64,000 bases of DNA from Candidatus Eiseniibacteriota bacterium (GTDB lineage Bacteria > Eisenbacteria > RBG-16-71-46): positions 772 to 64,771 of the forward strand of contig JBBRLX010000025.1 of NCBI GenBank assembly GCA_038231135.1, given 5' to 3'. The position numbers and the translations under genes were made by a program. The first letter of the stretch is position 1, and each line of letters starts with the position of its first letter. The notes beneath the pieces are model-generated. The model searched no databases and was not told the DNA's origin. It was given only the letters and a program-made list of their open reading frames with translations. Shown here in pieces: positions 18,917 to 28,994 of this stretch.

Positions 18917-20311
18917 CTACAGCACGATCACGCGTCTCATGAATTTGTTTCCATCCACCCTGGCCCGTAGCAGATACACGCCGGGCTTCACCCGGATTCC
19001 CGATGCATCCCGCAAATCCCATGTCACAGGGAGCGTTCCGACCCCCTCGTTGGCCCAAATGCGCAGCCGGCGCCCCGCCAGGTCATAGGCTTCGAGCGTG
19101 GAACGCCCGGGCAGCCGCTGCGTGAGCCGCAGCGTCACGCGCTCGGAAGCGGGGTTGGGTTCGGGCGCCGCGAATGCGATGGACGCCTCGGGGGCGGGCG
19201 CGTCGAGCGCATCGCCCGCATAGGCGTCGAACACGATCGAGTTCGGCGGCAGCCCGGTCGGGAGCGGGCCCGCGAGCGGCGCGTCGGTGGCGGTGGAAAA
19301 CACCCGCAGGCCCGGCGTCGAGAACGAATTGTCGCACAGGTACAACTCGCCACGGTCGTCGAGCGCGCAATCGGCGAGGCCGCCGTTCGGGCCGAACACG
19401 GTCGCGAGCTTCGCTCCCGTCGCGGGATTCCAGGTGACGAGCGAGGCGTTGAAGCTCGCATCGGTGACGATCGCGTAGCCATGCGTCGCGGTGTGCCATT
19501 CGACGTCCGCGATGTCGCCGCCCAGCGCAGCCTCGGTGATCGCGACCCCCATATCCTTGAACGTGGCGGGGTCGATCTTCACGACGCCGCCGTCGAGCAC
19601 GCCATAGGCCCCCACGCAGCCCAGGTAGAACACGCGGCCCACCGGATCCCAGGCGAACGCGGTCGAGGGATTCGTGCGCGACAGCAGAATTGCCTGCTTG
19701 CCGGGCAGCGCGGGATCCACGTCCACCACCGTGTCCGCGACCGCGTCGATCACCGCGACGAGACTCGAGTCGGTGGGCTGGAAACCGTGGTTCTCGTCGA
19801 TGCGCTGCAGCGACACCAGCAGCCAGCGACCGTAGCGCGCGATGTGATCGGGCTCGGGCAGGCCGTCCGCGTCGGCGAACATCGACAGGTCGATGCTCCC
19901 GAGCTGGGCACCCGTCGATGGATTCACGATCAGCATCCGGGCGGAGTGATACAGCGCCACGTACGCCCGCGTCGGCGACACCACGGCGATGTCGTACGGG
20001 TTCGAGCCGTTGCCGGTGGAGAACTGCTTCACCGTGGCGAAACCGGCGGCGGGATCGATCACCTGGATGTTGTCCTGGCCGAGCCGGTTCACGACGTAGA
20101 GCAGGCCGCCGAACCAGCGCACGCGCGCATCCTTGTAGACCGACGCCACGTCCTGCGCCACGGCGTGCGTGGCCAGCGTCACCGCGCTGAGCCCGCCGGT
20201 GGAGAAGTCGGTGGTCACGACGTAGCCGTGCGACTGCGCGGCGCGCGCGGGCGGTGACTGGGCCGCAATCCAGACGACGGCGAGGGCGGGGATCAGGGCG
20301 CGAACGTTCAT
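18917..20311 (-). CDS. Secreted YncE/YVTN-like beta-propeller with FlgD-Ig-like CTD; BtuG-like cobalamin-binding candidate
   Basis: GAGGAGG RBS and signal MNVRALIPALAVVWIAAQSPPARA. Propeller repeats LYVVNRLGQDNIQVIDP, NPYDIAVVSPTRAYV and TGLPPNSIVF, then an APEPNP...YDLAGRR...WDLRDASG...PGVY CTD. Lies directly downstream of btuB. Confidence 0.75.
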   Translation of the reverse strand: MNVRALIPALAVVWIAAQSPPARAAQSHGYVVTTDFSTGGLSAVTLATHAVAQDVASVYKDARVRWFGGLLYVVNRLGQDNIQVIDPAAGFATVKQFSTGNGSNPYDIAVVSPTRAYVALYHSARMLIVNPSTGAQLGSIDLSMFADADGLPEPDHIARYGRWLLVSLQRIDENHGFQPTDSSLVAVIDAVADTVVDVDPALPGKQAILLSRTNPSTAFAWDPVGRVFYLGCVGAYGVLDGGVVKIDPATFKDMGVAITEAALGGDIADVEWHTATHGYAIVTDASFNASLVTWNPATGAKLATVFGPNGGLADCALDDRGELYLCDNSFSTPGLRVFSTATDAPLAGPLPTGLPPNSIVFDAYAGDALDAPAPEASIAFAAPEPNPASERVTLRLTQRLPGRSTLEAYDLAGRRLRIWANEGVGTLPVTWDLRDASGIRVKPGVYLLRARVDGNKFMRRVIVL

Positions 20312-20325
20312 GCGAGCACTCCTCC

Positions 20326-22455
20326 TCAGGGATGACTCCGCGGCCGTTGCGTATCGACCGCGACGGACAGCATTCGGCCGGGCAGCGGGAACCCGGCGAC
20401 ATCGGTGGCGCGCACGTCGCCGAGGTTGCGGCCCTCGAGCGTGACGTGCAGCGCCGGAGCCGGCGACCACGTGATGCCGGCGCTCGACAGCGTGCGCGCC
20501 GGCACGTGCATGCGGTTGTAGCGATCGAGATCGTTGGGGCCGAGGTGGAACACGCCGGCGTAGCCGCCGAACGCGCCGCGCGTGAACGACACGCGCGCGT
20601 CGAGCTGGGTGCCGGGCAGCGCGGGCAGGCGCTTGCCGCTCCACGGCCCGGTGAGGCTCGCGTCGGTGGCGGACTGCCGCGTCCACGACAGCCACAGCGT
20701 GAGCGCGGCGAGCGGCCCGGCCTCGACTTCCAGCTCGTCGCCTGCGATGCGCGCGCGGTCGACGTTCATCGCCTTCACGCCCGGACCGGCGGGCAGGAAC
20801 AGGATGAGGTCGTCGGCGCGGGTGCGGAAGTGCGCCCACTCGGCGCGCGCGGCGGCGGCGCCGAACGTGCGGCGCAGCGCAAGGCCTGCATCCCACGAGC
20901 GCGTGCGCTCGGGGACGAGCTGCAGGTTGCCGTACACGTTGCCGGCGTCGCCGAACAGCTCCGAGAAGTCCGGCAGCCGCACGGCGTCGGTCCAGTTGCC
21001 GCGCGCCTCGAGCCCGTAGCGCAGCGCCACGCGCGCGCCGAGCTGCGGCGACGCGGTCTCGCGCGTGACGTCGATCGCGCGCGGCGTGCCGAACGTCGTG
21101 AGGCCGTGCAGCCGGTCGGTGACGCGGTCCCAGCGGCGCGCCGCGTACAGCGTGCCGCGGCCACCGGGGGCCCGCAGCTCGAGCGCCAGCGCCGCGCCGT
21201 GCGCCGCACGCACGCTGCGCGGCGGATCGGCGTAGGCGCCGGCGGCGTTCGTGGGTTGCGCGCGGTCGCTGCGGACGTCGCCGCTGCCGCGGATCGACGC
21301 CTCCCACGGCGTCGCGGAGAACGTGCGCCCGAGCGGCACCGCCGGCCACGCCAGCTCGGCGCCGCCGCGTTCGCCCGCGAACCGGTCGTCGGTGCTCCAG
21401 CGCCCGAGCCCCAGCTCGCCCTGGAGGTCGCGGAACCGCGCGCGCTCGCGGCGCAGCGAGCCGTCGAGCCGCAGCGCCGGCCACGCGCGTGCGGCATCGC
21501 GCTCGAGTTCGAGCCGTGACGTCGACCGCTCGAGCGTGTGGCGCGCGGTCGCCGCCTGCACGACGCCGAGCCCCGGCACGCCCTGCGCCGCGCGGAACCA
21601 GGTCTCCCGCACGCGCAGGCGCACACCTTGGAGCATGCTCCAGGTCAGCGAGCCCAGCGCGTGCGAGGCGTCGTAGCGGTTGTTGATGCGCGTCGTGATG
21701 CTGTCATCGGCGGAGTTGAACGGCGTGCCGTTGTCGTCGAAGAACCGGTAGTCGCCGCGCGAGCCCTGATAGCCGGCATTGAGCGCCACCGCGACCGGAC
21801 CGCGCGCGCCGCCGCCGCGCACCCGGCCCTCCCACGTATCGTACGAGCCGCGCGCGACGCGTGCGTCGATCCCCTGCAGGTCGGGCAGCGTCACGAGATT
21901 CACGGCGCCCGCGGGCGACGGCATGCCGAACGCGAGCGGCGCCGCGCCGCGGAACACCTCGATGCGCTCGACCGCCTCGGCCGGCACGTCGGACAGGCTC
22001 ACCGTGGAGCGTGCGGCGCTCTGCAGCGGTTCGCCATCCATCAGCAGCGCCGTCTGGGACGCCGGCGTGCCGCGCATGGACACGGTGCTGAACGCGCCGA
22101 GGCCGCCGTACTGGAGCACGCGAACGCCCGCGGCCTCGGCGAGCGTCTCGCCCACCGACTGCGCGGCGTGGCCCGGCCGGCTCGTGGCGAGCTGCGACAC
22201 GAACGTGGTGGGCGGCCGCGAGCGGAGGTCGCTGCCGGCGCGATCGCGATCGACACGCACCTCGGGCAGCACGAGCACGGAGTCGCCGGCGGCGTGAATG
22301 GCGGCCACGCTGTCGGCTGTGGCGTCTGCATGCGCGGGCGCTGCAAGCAGCAGCCACGCCGCCACGCACACACACAGCCACCGAATGAAGATGCCACCGG
22401 ACACGATCAGGGTTCCGATCGTTTCGATCGACCGGAGCGTCTCGCGCGCGCCCAT
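20326..22455 (-). CDS. btuB: TonB-dependent receptor, probably vitamin B12 transporter
   Basis: TonB box-like VLPEVRV, plug GGLGAFSTVSMRG...VERIEVFRG...AGAVNLVT, barrel with NLQLVPE and GFPLPGR. Lies under a cobalamin riboswitch. Start is uncertain (22455 ATG or 22404 GTG). Confidence 0.8.
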   Translation of the reverse strand: MGARETLRSIETIGTLIVSGGIFIRWLCVCVAAWLLLAAPAHADATADSVAAIHAAGDSVLVLPEVRVDRDRAGSDLRSRPPTTFVSQLATSRPGHAAQSVGETLAEAAGVRVLQYGGLGAFSTVSMRGTPASQTALLMDGEPLQSAARSTVSLSDVPAEAVERIEVFRGAAPLAFGMPSPAGAVNLVTLPDLQGIDARVARGSYDTWEGRVRGGGARGPVAVALNAGYQGSRGDYRFFDDNGTPFNSADDSITTRINNRYDASHALGSLTWSMLQGVRLRVRETWFRAAQGVPGLGVVQAATARHTLERSTSRLELERDAARAWPALRLDGSLRRERARFRDLQGELGLGRWSTDDRFAGERGGAELAWPAVPLGRTFSATPWEASIRGSGDVRSDRAQPTNAAGAYADPPRSVRAAHGAALALELRAPGGRGTLYAARRWDRVTDRLHGLTTFGTPRAIDVTRETASPQLGARVALRYGLEARGNWTDAVRLPDFSELFGDAGNVYGNLQLVPERTRSWDAGLALRRTFGAAAARAEWAHFRTRADDLILFLPAGPGVKAMNVDRARIAGDELEVEAGPLAALTLWLSWTRQSATDASLTGPWSGKRLPALPGTQLDARVSFTRGAFGGYAGVFHLGPNDLDRYNRMHVPARTLSSAGITWSPAPALHVTLEGRNLGDVRATDVAGFPLPGRMLSVAVDTQRPRSHP

Positions 22456-22555
22456 CGAACGGGCCCTGCCGCTCGCCTGGAGATCGCGAACGAAAGGGCC
22501 CGAATGGGACGCCGTTCCGCACGCGACGCTCTCTCTCGAAGCGTCGGGCGAATGG

Positions 22556-22775
22556 CTTCCGGGCAGGTCTCCTGGCTCAGGGCCTGCGGAGTCCGGCGAT
22601 CCGTGAACGCATCGGCGTTCGCGACTCGTCGAGCTCCGCCTGCTGCTCGTCCGGCACCTTCCCGATCGCAACGGCGATCCGTGGTGACAGACTCATCAGC
22701 CCTTCACAGTGGCGGGACCGCGGGGGTTTTGCACCCCTCTTCCCTGTTACCCCACACGTTGCGGGCACCCGGAAG
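22556..22775 (-). promoter_or_regulatory. Cobalamin (B12) riboswitch
   Basis: Minus strand reads GGTGCCC...AACAGGGAAGAGGGGTGCAAAACCCCCGCGGTCCCGCCACTGTGA...CCAC...GGGAAGG...GAGCCAGGAGACCTGCCC, the canonical core and B12 box. Confidence 0.93.
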
Positions 22776-22827
22776 ATGTCTCAGGCACCTTGTACCCGCT
22801 CGCGCGTCGCGTCAAGCCCCCGGATCC

Positions 22828-24525
22828 TCAGTGCAACGGGTGCGCCACCACCGCGGGCGGCGCGGCTTCGGCGTCCAGCGGACCGACGGGCGTGCCGATC
22901 ACGCGATACGCCACCAGCCGGTCGCCGCCGCCGGTGTTGTTGGGATAGTCGAACTCACCGAGGTATTTCAGCCACGGCGCGCGTGTGAGGTTCGGATACC
23001 ACGCGGGGAACAGGATGCAGTAGTCGGGCTTCGCCGTACGGAAGTACGACGGCAGCGCATCCTCGGGGAATACCCGGCCGTGCGTCCGCCACCACGCGAG
23101 CATGTGCGTGATCGCGTCCGAGCTCACGAGCCCCACGGTGTCGATGCAGAACCGCCCGCCAAAGTAGGTGATCGCGCCGACGTCATTGGTGGCGACCCGC
23201 GCGCCGGACGGCAGGTGCTCCGCGACCCAGCGGCCCATGCGGACCTGCATCGACAGGATGTTGTCGACGTTCGACAGGAACACCGGCTCGTATTCGGCGG
23301 TGCTGCGCAGGCCGGCGAGCGTGAGCGCCACCGCCGCGGCCACGGCGGCCCAGCGGCGCACCCCCGCCGATCCCGCGCGCCCGATCGCCCAGGCCAGCGG
23401 CTCCATCGACACCAGCGCAAACGCCGGGATCAGCGGGATCGTGTACCGCGACACGCTGAAGTGCCGCGGGAACACCACCATCGAATACGCCCAGAACGCG
23501 AGCGGCCACAGCGCCACCAGCCACGCGTCGCGCCGCGCCCGATTCCGCAGCCACATCACGAATCCCGGAATCAGCAGCAATGCGAACGCGAGATTGTCGT
23601 GATAGGCCACCTGGTACATCACCGGGAAGTACGTGGCGCGGAAGTGCGCGAGATGGACGTCGCTCGCGCGCGCGATCACGCCCTTGGCGTAGTACGTGTT
23701 GGGCAGCCAGCGGCCGGTGGTGGTGTAACAGAACACTGAATACGGCAGCAGCACGGCGACGAACGCGGCGGCGAGCGGCAGCAACTCCGCCAGCGCCCTG
23801 CGCCCGGCGCCCCCGCGGGCGAGCCGCCACGCCTCGACGGCGAACGCGAGTGGCCCGAGCAGTGTCATCTCGGGGCGCGCGGTGGCGGCGAGACCGGCGA
23901 CGATGCCGAGCGCGAACCCGCGTCGTGGCCCCGCGAGCCGCGATTGCTGCAGGCGCACCAGCAGCAGGAACAGCAACGTTGCGAGCGTGATCTCCATCCC
24001 CGACAGCGACGCCCAGATCAAGCGGCCGGCGATGCCGGTCGCGAGCCCGGCGCACGTGGCGAGTGCGAGCGGCAGCCCGGCGGTGAGCGCGGTCTCGAAC
24101 GTGAGCAGCGCGGTGCCGCCGGCGAACAGCACCCCGAGCCCGATCGCCAGCGGCTCGAGCGGCACGCCCGTCAGGTGCCCCAGTGCCAGCAGCACCACCC
24201 ACAGCGGGCTCGTGGCGCCGGGCGTGGCGACGTCCGGATTGAACGCGAATCCGTGACCGGTCGACAGATTCCGCGCGAACTGGAAGTGGATGTAGGGATC
24301 GTCCATCGGGAATCCGAATTCGCCGTTGCGGGCGAGCTGCGCTCCCGACCACACCATCGCCACCACGACGGGCGCGAGCAGTATGACGGCGCGCAGCCCC
24401 CACCGGATCGCAGGCGGCACCACGGACACGGCGGCCGGCGCCATGGCTGTGCGCGGTTGCGGGGTTGCCGGAGGTATGGATTGCGGCGTGCGCCGGTCCC
24501 GGGACCGTGTGCGCGAGGCAGGCAT
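22828..24525 (-). CDS. Polytopic GT-C-fold glycosyltransferase-like membrane protein
   Basis: MDDPYIHFQFARNL, GATSPLW, SGME, ARPE and PNTYYAK, with many TM helices and a soluble C-terminal domain (DVGAITY, DTVGL). Alternative start at 24444. Confidence 0.75.
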   Translation of the reverse strand: MPASRTRSRDRRTPQSIPPATPQPRTAMAPAAVSVVPPAIRWGLRAVILLAPVVVAMVWSGAQLARNGEFGFPMDDPYIHFQFARNLSTGHGFAFNPDVATPGATSPLWVVLLALGHLTGVPLEPLAIGLGVLFAGGTALLTFETALTAGLPLALATCAGLATGIAGRLIWASLSGMEITLATLLFLLLVRLQQSRLAGPRRGFALGIVAGLAATARPEMTLLGPLAFAVEAWRLARGGAGRRALAELLPLAAAFVAVLLPYSVFCYTTTGRWLPNTYYAKGVIARASDVHLAHFRATYFPVMYQVAYHDNLAFALLLIPGFVMWLRNRARRDAWLVALWPLAFWAYSMVVFPRHFSVSRYTIPLIPAFALVSMEPLAWAIGRAGSAGVRRWAAVAAAVALTLAGLRSTAEYEPVFLSNVDNILSMQVRMGRWVAEHLPSGARVATNDVGAITYFGGRFCIDTVGLVSSDAITHMLAWWRTHGRVFPEDALPSYFRTAKPDYCILFPAWYPNLTRAPWLKYLGEFDYPNNTGGGDRLVAYRVIGTPVGPLDAEAAPPAVVAHPLH

Positions 24526-24667
24526 TCCCCGAGTCTAGCCGCGCGCCGGCGCGCGACACCAGCGCCGCCCGCCACTTCGCGCACCCGTGCCATGCTCCGC
24601 GCTTCCATGCGAACTTCGGAGTTGGTTCGATGACGGCCATGGTGGCTCGCGGCGCTTTCCGGGGTGC

Positions 24668-25375
24668 CTAGCTCCGCGGCCTGACCGCCGAACCGTCGAC
24701 GACCGCGCGCGCGCGCGCGAACACCGCATGCCACATCGGCCGCGTCAGCAGCCCGGTGTTCGTGTTCTGGCGGCTCGGGTGATAGGACGCGATCACGCGC
24801 CGGCCGCCGGGCAGCATGGATTCGACGGCGTGCCCGAATGCCGGGCGCTCGCGGGGTGTGAGCCGCGACCACAGCCCCGCCGCCCGGAGCCAGCGCTCGT
24901 GCGCGATGCGGCCGAGCGTCACGACCACCTGGACCCGCGTCAGCAGTTCGATCTCGCGCTCGAGCCACGGCTGGCAGTGGTCGAGTTCCCCGGGCAGCGG
25001 CCGGTTCCCGGGCGGCGCGCAGCGCGCCGACGCGCCGATGTAGCAGTCGGTCAGCGCGAGCCCGTCGTCGCGCGACCGTGACGTGGGCTGGTTGGCGAAG
25101 CCGTAGTGATGCAGCGCCTCGTACAGCCAGTCGCCGCTCGAATCCCCGGTGAACATGCGCCCGGTGCGGTTCGCGCCGTGGGCGGCCGGGGCGAGACCGA
25201 CGATCATGAGCCGGGCCTCTGGATCGCCGAACCCGGGCACCGGGCGTCCCCAGTACTCCCAGTCGCGGAATTCGCGCTTCTTCGCCCGCGCCACTTCCGC
25301 GCAATAGGCGCGCAGCCGCGGGCAGCGTTCGCAGGCCACGACCTCGAGGGCGAGCCGGATCAGGGGCGCGGTCAT
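24668..25375 (-). CDS. udgB: Uracil-DNA glycosylase family 5 (UdgB, 4Fe-4S)
   Basis: CERCPRL, WGRPVPGFGD, GLAPAAHGANRTGRMFTGDSSG, CAPP and YHPSRQNTNTG. Confidence 0.9.
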   Translation of the reverse strand: MTAPLIRLALEVVACERCPRLRAYCAEVARAKKREFRDWEYWGRPVPGFGDPEARLMIVGLAPAAHGANRTGRMFTGDSSGDWLYEALHHYGFANQPTSRSRDDGLALTDCYIGASARCAPPGNRPLPGELDHCQPWLEREIELLTRVQVVVTLGRIAHERWLRAAGLWSRLTPRERPAFGHAVESMLPGGRRVIASYHPSRQNTNTGLLTRPMWHAVFARARAVVDGSAVRPRS

Positions 25376-25488
25376 AGGCCACGACGGTAGCGGCGGAGCG
25401 GGAATCGCACCAGCGCCGGCCGGGCGATTCGGCCGGACGCCGGAATCGCCTGGGCTCCCGCCGAAGCCTCCCGCGCAAAGCCCAAATT

Positions 25489-27516
25489 TTGCATCGACTT
25501 GATTTCGCCCTCCGGCGCCCCCTACATTCCGTGGCCGTGCTCCAACGCTTGCGTGGGATCCTGCTCGGTGGCCCGAAGAACGTCCTCGATCCCCGCATCC
25601 ACCATACGCTTGCACTGATCGCCTTCTTCGCCTGGGTTGGTCTTGGTTCGGACGGGCTGTCGTCGTCCTGCTACGGCCCCGAAGAGGCGTTTTTGCAACT
25701 GGGCCAGCACCGACACCTCGCCATCTACCTCGGCGTGGCGATCGTGGCCACCGTATTCCTGATCTCGGCCTCCTACAGCTACATCATCGAGCTGTTCCCC
25801 AGCGGCGGCGGCGGCTACCTCGTCGCGACCCAGCTGCTGGGACCAATCCCGGGCGTGGTATCGGGCGGGGCGCTGGTCGTCGACTACATCCTCACGATCG
25901 TTACGTCGGTCGCCTCCGGGTGCGACGCGATCTTCTCGTTCCTGCCGCACACGCTGATGCCGTTCAAGCTGCTGGCCGAGTTCCTCGTCGTCGGCGTGCT
26001 CACCGGCATGAACGTGCGCGGCATCAAGGAATCGATCGTGGTGCTGACGCCGATCTTCGCGAGCTTCCTGCTCGCCCACGTGGTGCTGATCGGGTTCGGC
26101 ATCTTCGGACACACCGCGAGCTTCCACACGCTCGCCGCCGACACGCTGCACGACACCAGCACGGCCGTGAACGAGCTGGGCCTGCTGGGCGTGATCCTGA
26201 TCTTCCTGCGCGCGTTCTCGCTCGGCGGGGCGTCGTTCACCGGCATCGAGGCGGTGAGCAACAGCACCGAGATCCTGCGCGAGCCGCGCGTCGAGACCGG
26301 CAAGCGCACCATGCTCTACATGGCGATCTCGCTGGCATTCACCGCCGGCGGCATCCTGCTGTGCTACCTGCTCAACGACGTGCACCACGAGGCGGGCAAG
26401 ACGCTGAACGCCACGCTGTGGTCGGTCGTGACGGCGAACTGGAAGATCGGCGGCCTCGACATCGGCACCGGCGTCACCTGGTTCACGCTGATCTCGGAGG
26501 GCGCGCTGCTGTTCGTCGCCGCCCAGACCGGGTTCGTGGCCGGCCCGCGCACGCTGGCGGCGATGGCGGTCGACAAGTGGGTGCCCACGCGCTTCAACCA
26601 CCTGTCGGAGCGGCTCGTCACGCAGAACGGCGTGCTGGCGCTCGGCATCGCCGCCGCGCTGATGCTGGCCTACACGCGGGGCTCCGTGCGCCTGCTGCTG
26701 GTCATGTACTCGATCAACGTGTTCCTCACGTTCACGCTCACCCAGCTCGGCATGATCCGCCACTGGATTCAGGTACGCTCGACCGCGCCGCACTGGCGGC
26801 GCCGGCTGGCGATCGCGACCACCGGCACGATCGTGACCGCCGGCATCCTCGTGATCACGACCGTGCTGAAGTTCGAGGAGGGCGGCTGGGTCACGCTGCT
26901 CGCGACCGGTGCATTCGTCGGATTCTGCTTCATGGTGCGCGGCCACTACCACCGCGTGGCGCATTTGCTGACGTCGCTCGACGACGTGCTGATGAACCTG
27001 CCGCTGCCCGAGCCCAAGACGCTGCCCGAGCTGTCGTCCGACGGCCCCACCGCGATCGTGCTCGTCGAGAACTATGCCGGGCTCGGCATCCACACCGTGC
27101 TGTCGATCCAGCGCATGCTACCCAAGCACTTCAAGAACATCGTGTTCTGCTCGGTGGGCCTCGTCGACTCGGGTCAGTTCAAGGGCGTGCACGAGGTGGA
27201 GGCGCTCGAGAACAAGGTGCGCGCCGATCTCGAGAAGTACGTGAATCTCGCCCAGCGCATGGGGTATTACTCCGAGTACCGGTTCACGCTCGGCACCGAC
27301 CTGATCCAGGAGCTCGAAGGCATGTGCCTCGACCTCACGAAGGAATTCCGCCGGCCAGTGGTGTTCGCCGGGCAGCTCGTGTTCCAGCGCGAGAACCTGT
27401 TCACACGCACGCTGCATCACGAGACCGCGTTCTCGATCCAGCGGCGGCTGCAGTTCGCGGGCGTGCAGGTCATCATCCTGCCGATCCGCGTGTGGGAGAA
27501 GCAGAAGGCAGCGTGA
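25489..27516 (+). CDS. APC-superfamily transporter, KimA/YdaO-like
   Basis: GSDGLSSSCYGPEE, FPSGGGGY, DYILT and TGIEAVSN, about 12 TMs and a cytoplasmic C-terminal domain. The true start is probably a GTG slightly downstream. Confidence 0.85.
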   Translation: MHRLDFALRRPLHSVAVLQRLRGILLGGPKNVLDPRIHHTLALIAFFAWVGLGSDGLSSSCYGPEEAFLQLGQHRHLAIYLGVAIVATVFLISASYSYIIELFPSGGGGYLVATQLLGPIPGVVSGGALVVDYILTIVTSVASGCDAIFSFLPHTLMPFKLLAEFLVVGVLTGMNVRGIKESIVVLTPIFASFLLAHVVLIGFGIFGHTASFHTLAADTLHDTSTAVNELGLLGVILIFLRAFSLGGASFTGIEAVSNSTEILREPRVETGKRTMLYMAISLAFTAGGILLCYLLNDVHHEAGKTLNATLWSVVTANWKIGGLDIGTGVTWFTLISEGALLFVAAQTGFVAGPRTLAAMAVDKWVPTRFNHLSERLVTQNGVLALGIAAALMLAYTRGSVRLLLVMYSINVFLTFTLTQLGMIRHWIQVRSTAPHWRRRLAIATTGTIVTAGILVITTVLKFEEGGWVTLLATGAFVGFCFMVRGHYHRVAHLLTSLDDVLMNLPLPEPKTLPELSSDGPTAIVLVENYAGLGIHTVLSIQRMLPKHFKNIVFCSVGLVDSGQFKGVHEVEALENKVRADLEKYVNLAQRMGYYSEYRFTLGTDLIQELEGMCLDLTKEFRRPVVFAGQLVFQRENLFTRTLHHETAFSIQRRLQFAGVQVIILPIRVWEKQKAA

Positions 27517-27536
27517 GCCGCCACGAAAGGAGCCGC

Positions 27537-28313
27537 ATGTACAGCATCGACCTGACCGGCAAGCATGCGCTCGTGATGGGCGTGGCCAACCACCGCAGCC
27601 TGTCGTGGGCGATCGCACAGCACCTGCACCAGGCTGGCGCAGGCCTGTGCCTGACCTACCAGGGCGAGCGGCTCAAGTCGATGGTCGAGGAGCTGGCGAA
27701 GCCACTCGGCGACGTGACGCTGCTGGAGTGCGACGTCACGAACGACGCGACGATCGACGCAGTGAGGGCGGCGCTCACCGAGCGCTGGGGCTCGCTCGAC
27801 ATGCTGGTGCACGGTGTCGCGTTCGCGCGCAAGGAGGATCTCGAGGGCACGTTCGTCGGAACGCCGCGCGAAGGGTTCCAGATCGCGCTCGAGGTCAGCG
27901 CCTACTCGCTGCTCAACGTGACGAACCGCATGCTGCCGCTGCTGGAGCAGCGCGGCGCGAGCATCGTGAGCCTGACCTACCTCGCCGCCGAGCGCGCCGT
28001 GCCGTCGTACAACGTGATGGGCAGCGCCAAGGCCGTGCTGGAGCAGGCCACGCGGCAACTCGCCTACGAGCTGGGCCCCAGGAACATCCGGGTGAACGCG
28101 ATCTCGGCGGGCCCCGTGAGCACGCTCGCCGCGCGCGGCATCCACGGCTTCACCGACATGCTCAAGAAGCACGCCGAGAAGGCGCCACTCAAGCGCAATA
28201 TCACGAAAGACGAAGTCGGCAAGGCCGGGCTGTTCCTGCTGTCGGATCTCGCGAGCGGGATCACGGGCGAGGTCCTGATGGTCGACGCGGGGTATAGCGT
28301 GATGGCCTGGTAG
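27537..28313 (+). CDS. fabI: Enoyl-ACP reductase FabI
   Basis: GVANHRSLSWAIA, YNVMGSAKA, VNAISAGP and ITGEVLMVDAG, with an AAGGAG RBS. Confidence 0.93.
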   Translation: MYSIDLTGKHALVMGVANHRSLSWAIAQHLHQAGAGLCLTYQGERLKSMVEELAKPLGDVTLLECDVTNDATIDAVRAALTERWGSLDMLVHGVAFARKEDLEGTFVGTPREGFQIALEVSAYSLLNVTNRMLPLLEQRGASIVSLTYLAAERAVPSYNVMGSAKAVLEQATRQLAYELGPRNIRVNAISAGPVSTLAARGIHGFTDMLKKHAEKAPLKRNITKDEVGKAGLFLLSDLASGITGEVLMVDAGYSVMAW

Positions 28314-28318
28314 GTCGA

Positions 28319-28994
28319 TCACAGACTGTGAATGACCGCGTCCGTGTGCTCGGTCGCTCTGGATCGCAGATTATCCATGCTCCGCGAACCGCTCTCGGCT
28401 GCCGAGGAGCCGGGGGGGTTCGAGTCTCGCCGACCGCGGCGAGCTGAATTCCAACCGAGGAAGGCCAGCGCGGCCCGAACGCGCTCCTCGAGTGAAGCAT
28501 CCTCCAGCGTCTCGCAATGTTCCGCCGCACGTCGTGCCTTCTCGGCACGGAAGCCGAGGCGACGCAGCCAGGGAATCACGTCGTATTCCGGATTCGTGAC
28601 CCGGGCTTTCGCTTCCGCTGTGGTCGCCCGCTTCTGTTGCGCGAACAACTCCGACTCCAGGGCCGGGTGCCCCGACGTCTCAACGGGCCCCGGGGCCTGT
28701 TGCGCAGATGTCAACTTAACAGGCCCCGGGGCCTGTTCGGCGCAGGGCCGGGAACTTCCACGCCGTGCGCGCCACGCGGATGAGCTTGAAAGCCGGGTCC
28801 GGCTCCATGGTCATCTCATGCACGCAATAGGAATGCATCGAAGGATGCGCCGCCGGCAGGTACCGCCGGCGCGCATCGAACTCGGCCAGCCAGGCGAGCG
28901 CCTCGGCCGCGTTGCGAGAAACCCGGGCGAATTTCACCGGCAGTTCACGATCAATATCAGCGTCAGCGAGATGCGACAGCGAATACCAGGTCAT
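28319..28994 (-). pseudogene. Internally deleted/frameshifted remnant of an HNH-endonuclease/DUF222-like gene
   Basis: N-terminal piece YSLSHLAD...LAEFDARRRYLPAAHPSMHSYCVHE...IRVAR (28716-28994) and C-terminal piece DVIPWLRRLGFR...SLEERVRAAL (28319-28714) are in different frames. No HNH motif remains. Family assignment is from recall. Confidence 0.55.
28681..28737. repeat. Two tandem palindromic repeats
   Basis: CAACGGGCCCCGGGGCCTGTTG (28681-28702, one mismatch) and the perfect 20-bp palindrome AACAGGCCCCGGGGCCTGTT (28718-28737). Confidence 0.85.

Noticed and set aside
25376-25530. ydaO/c-di-AMP riboswitch upstream of the KimA-like transporter
   Set aside because: The spacer is short and I could not find the conserved motif.
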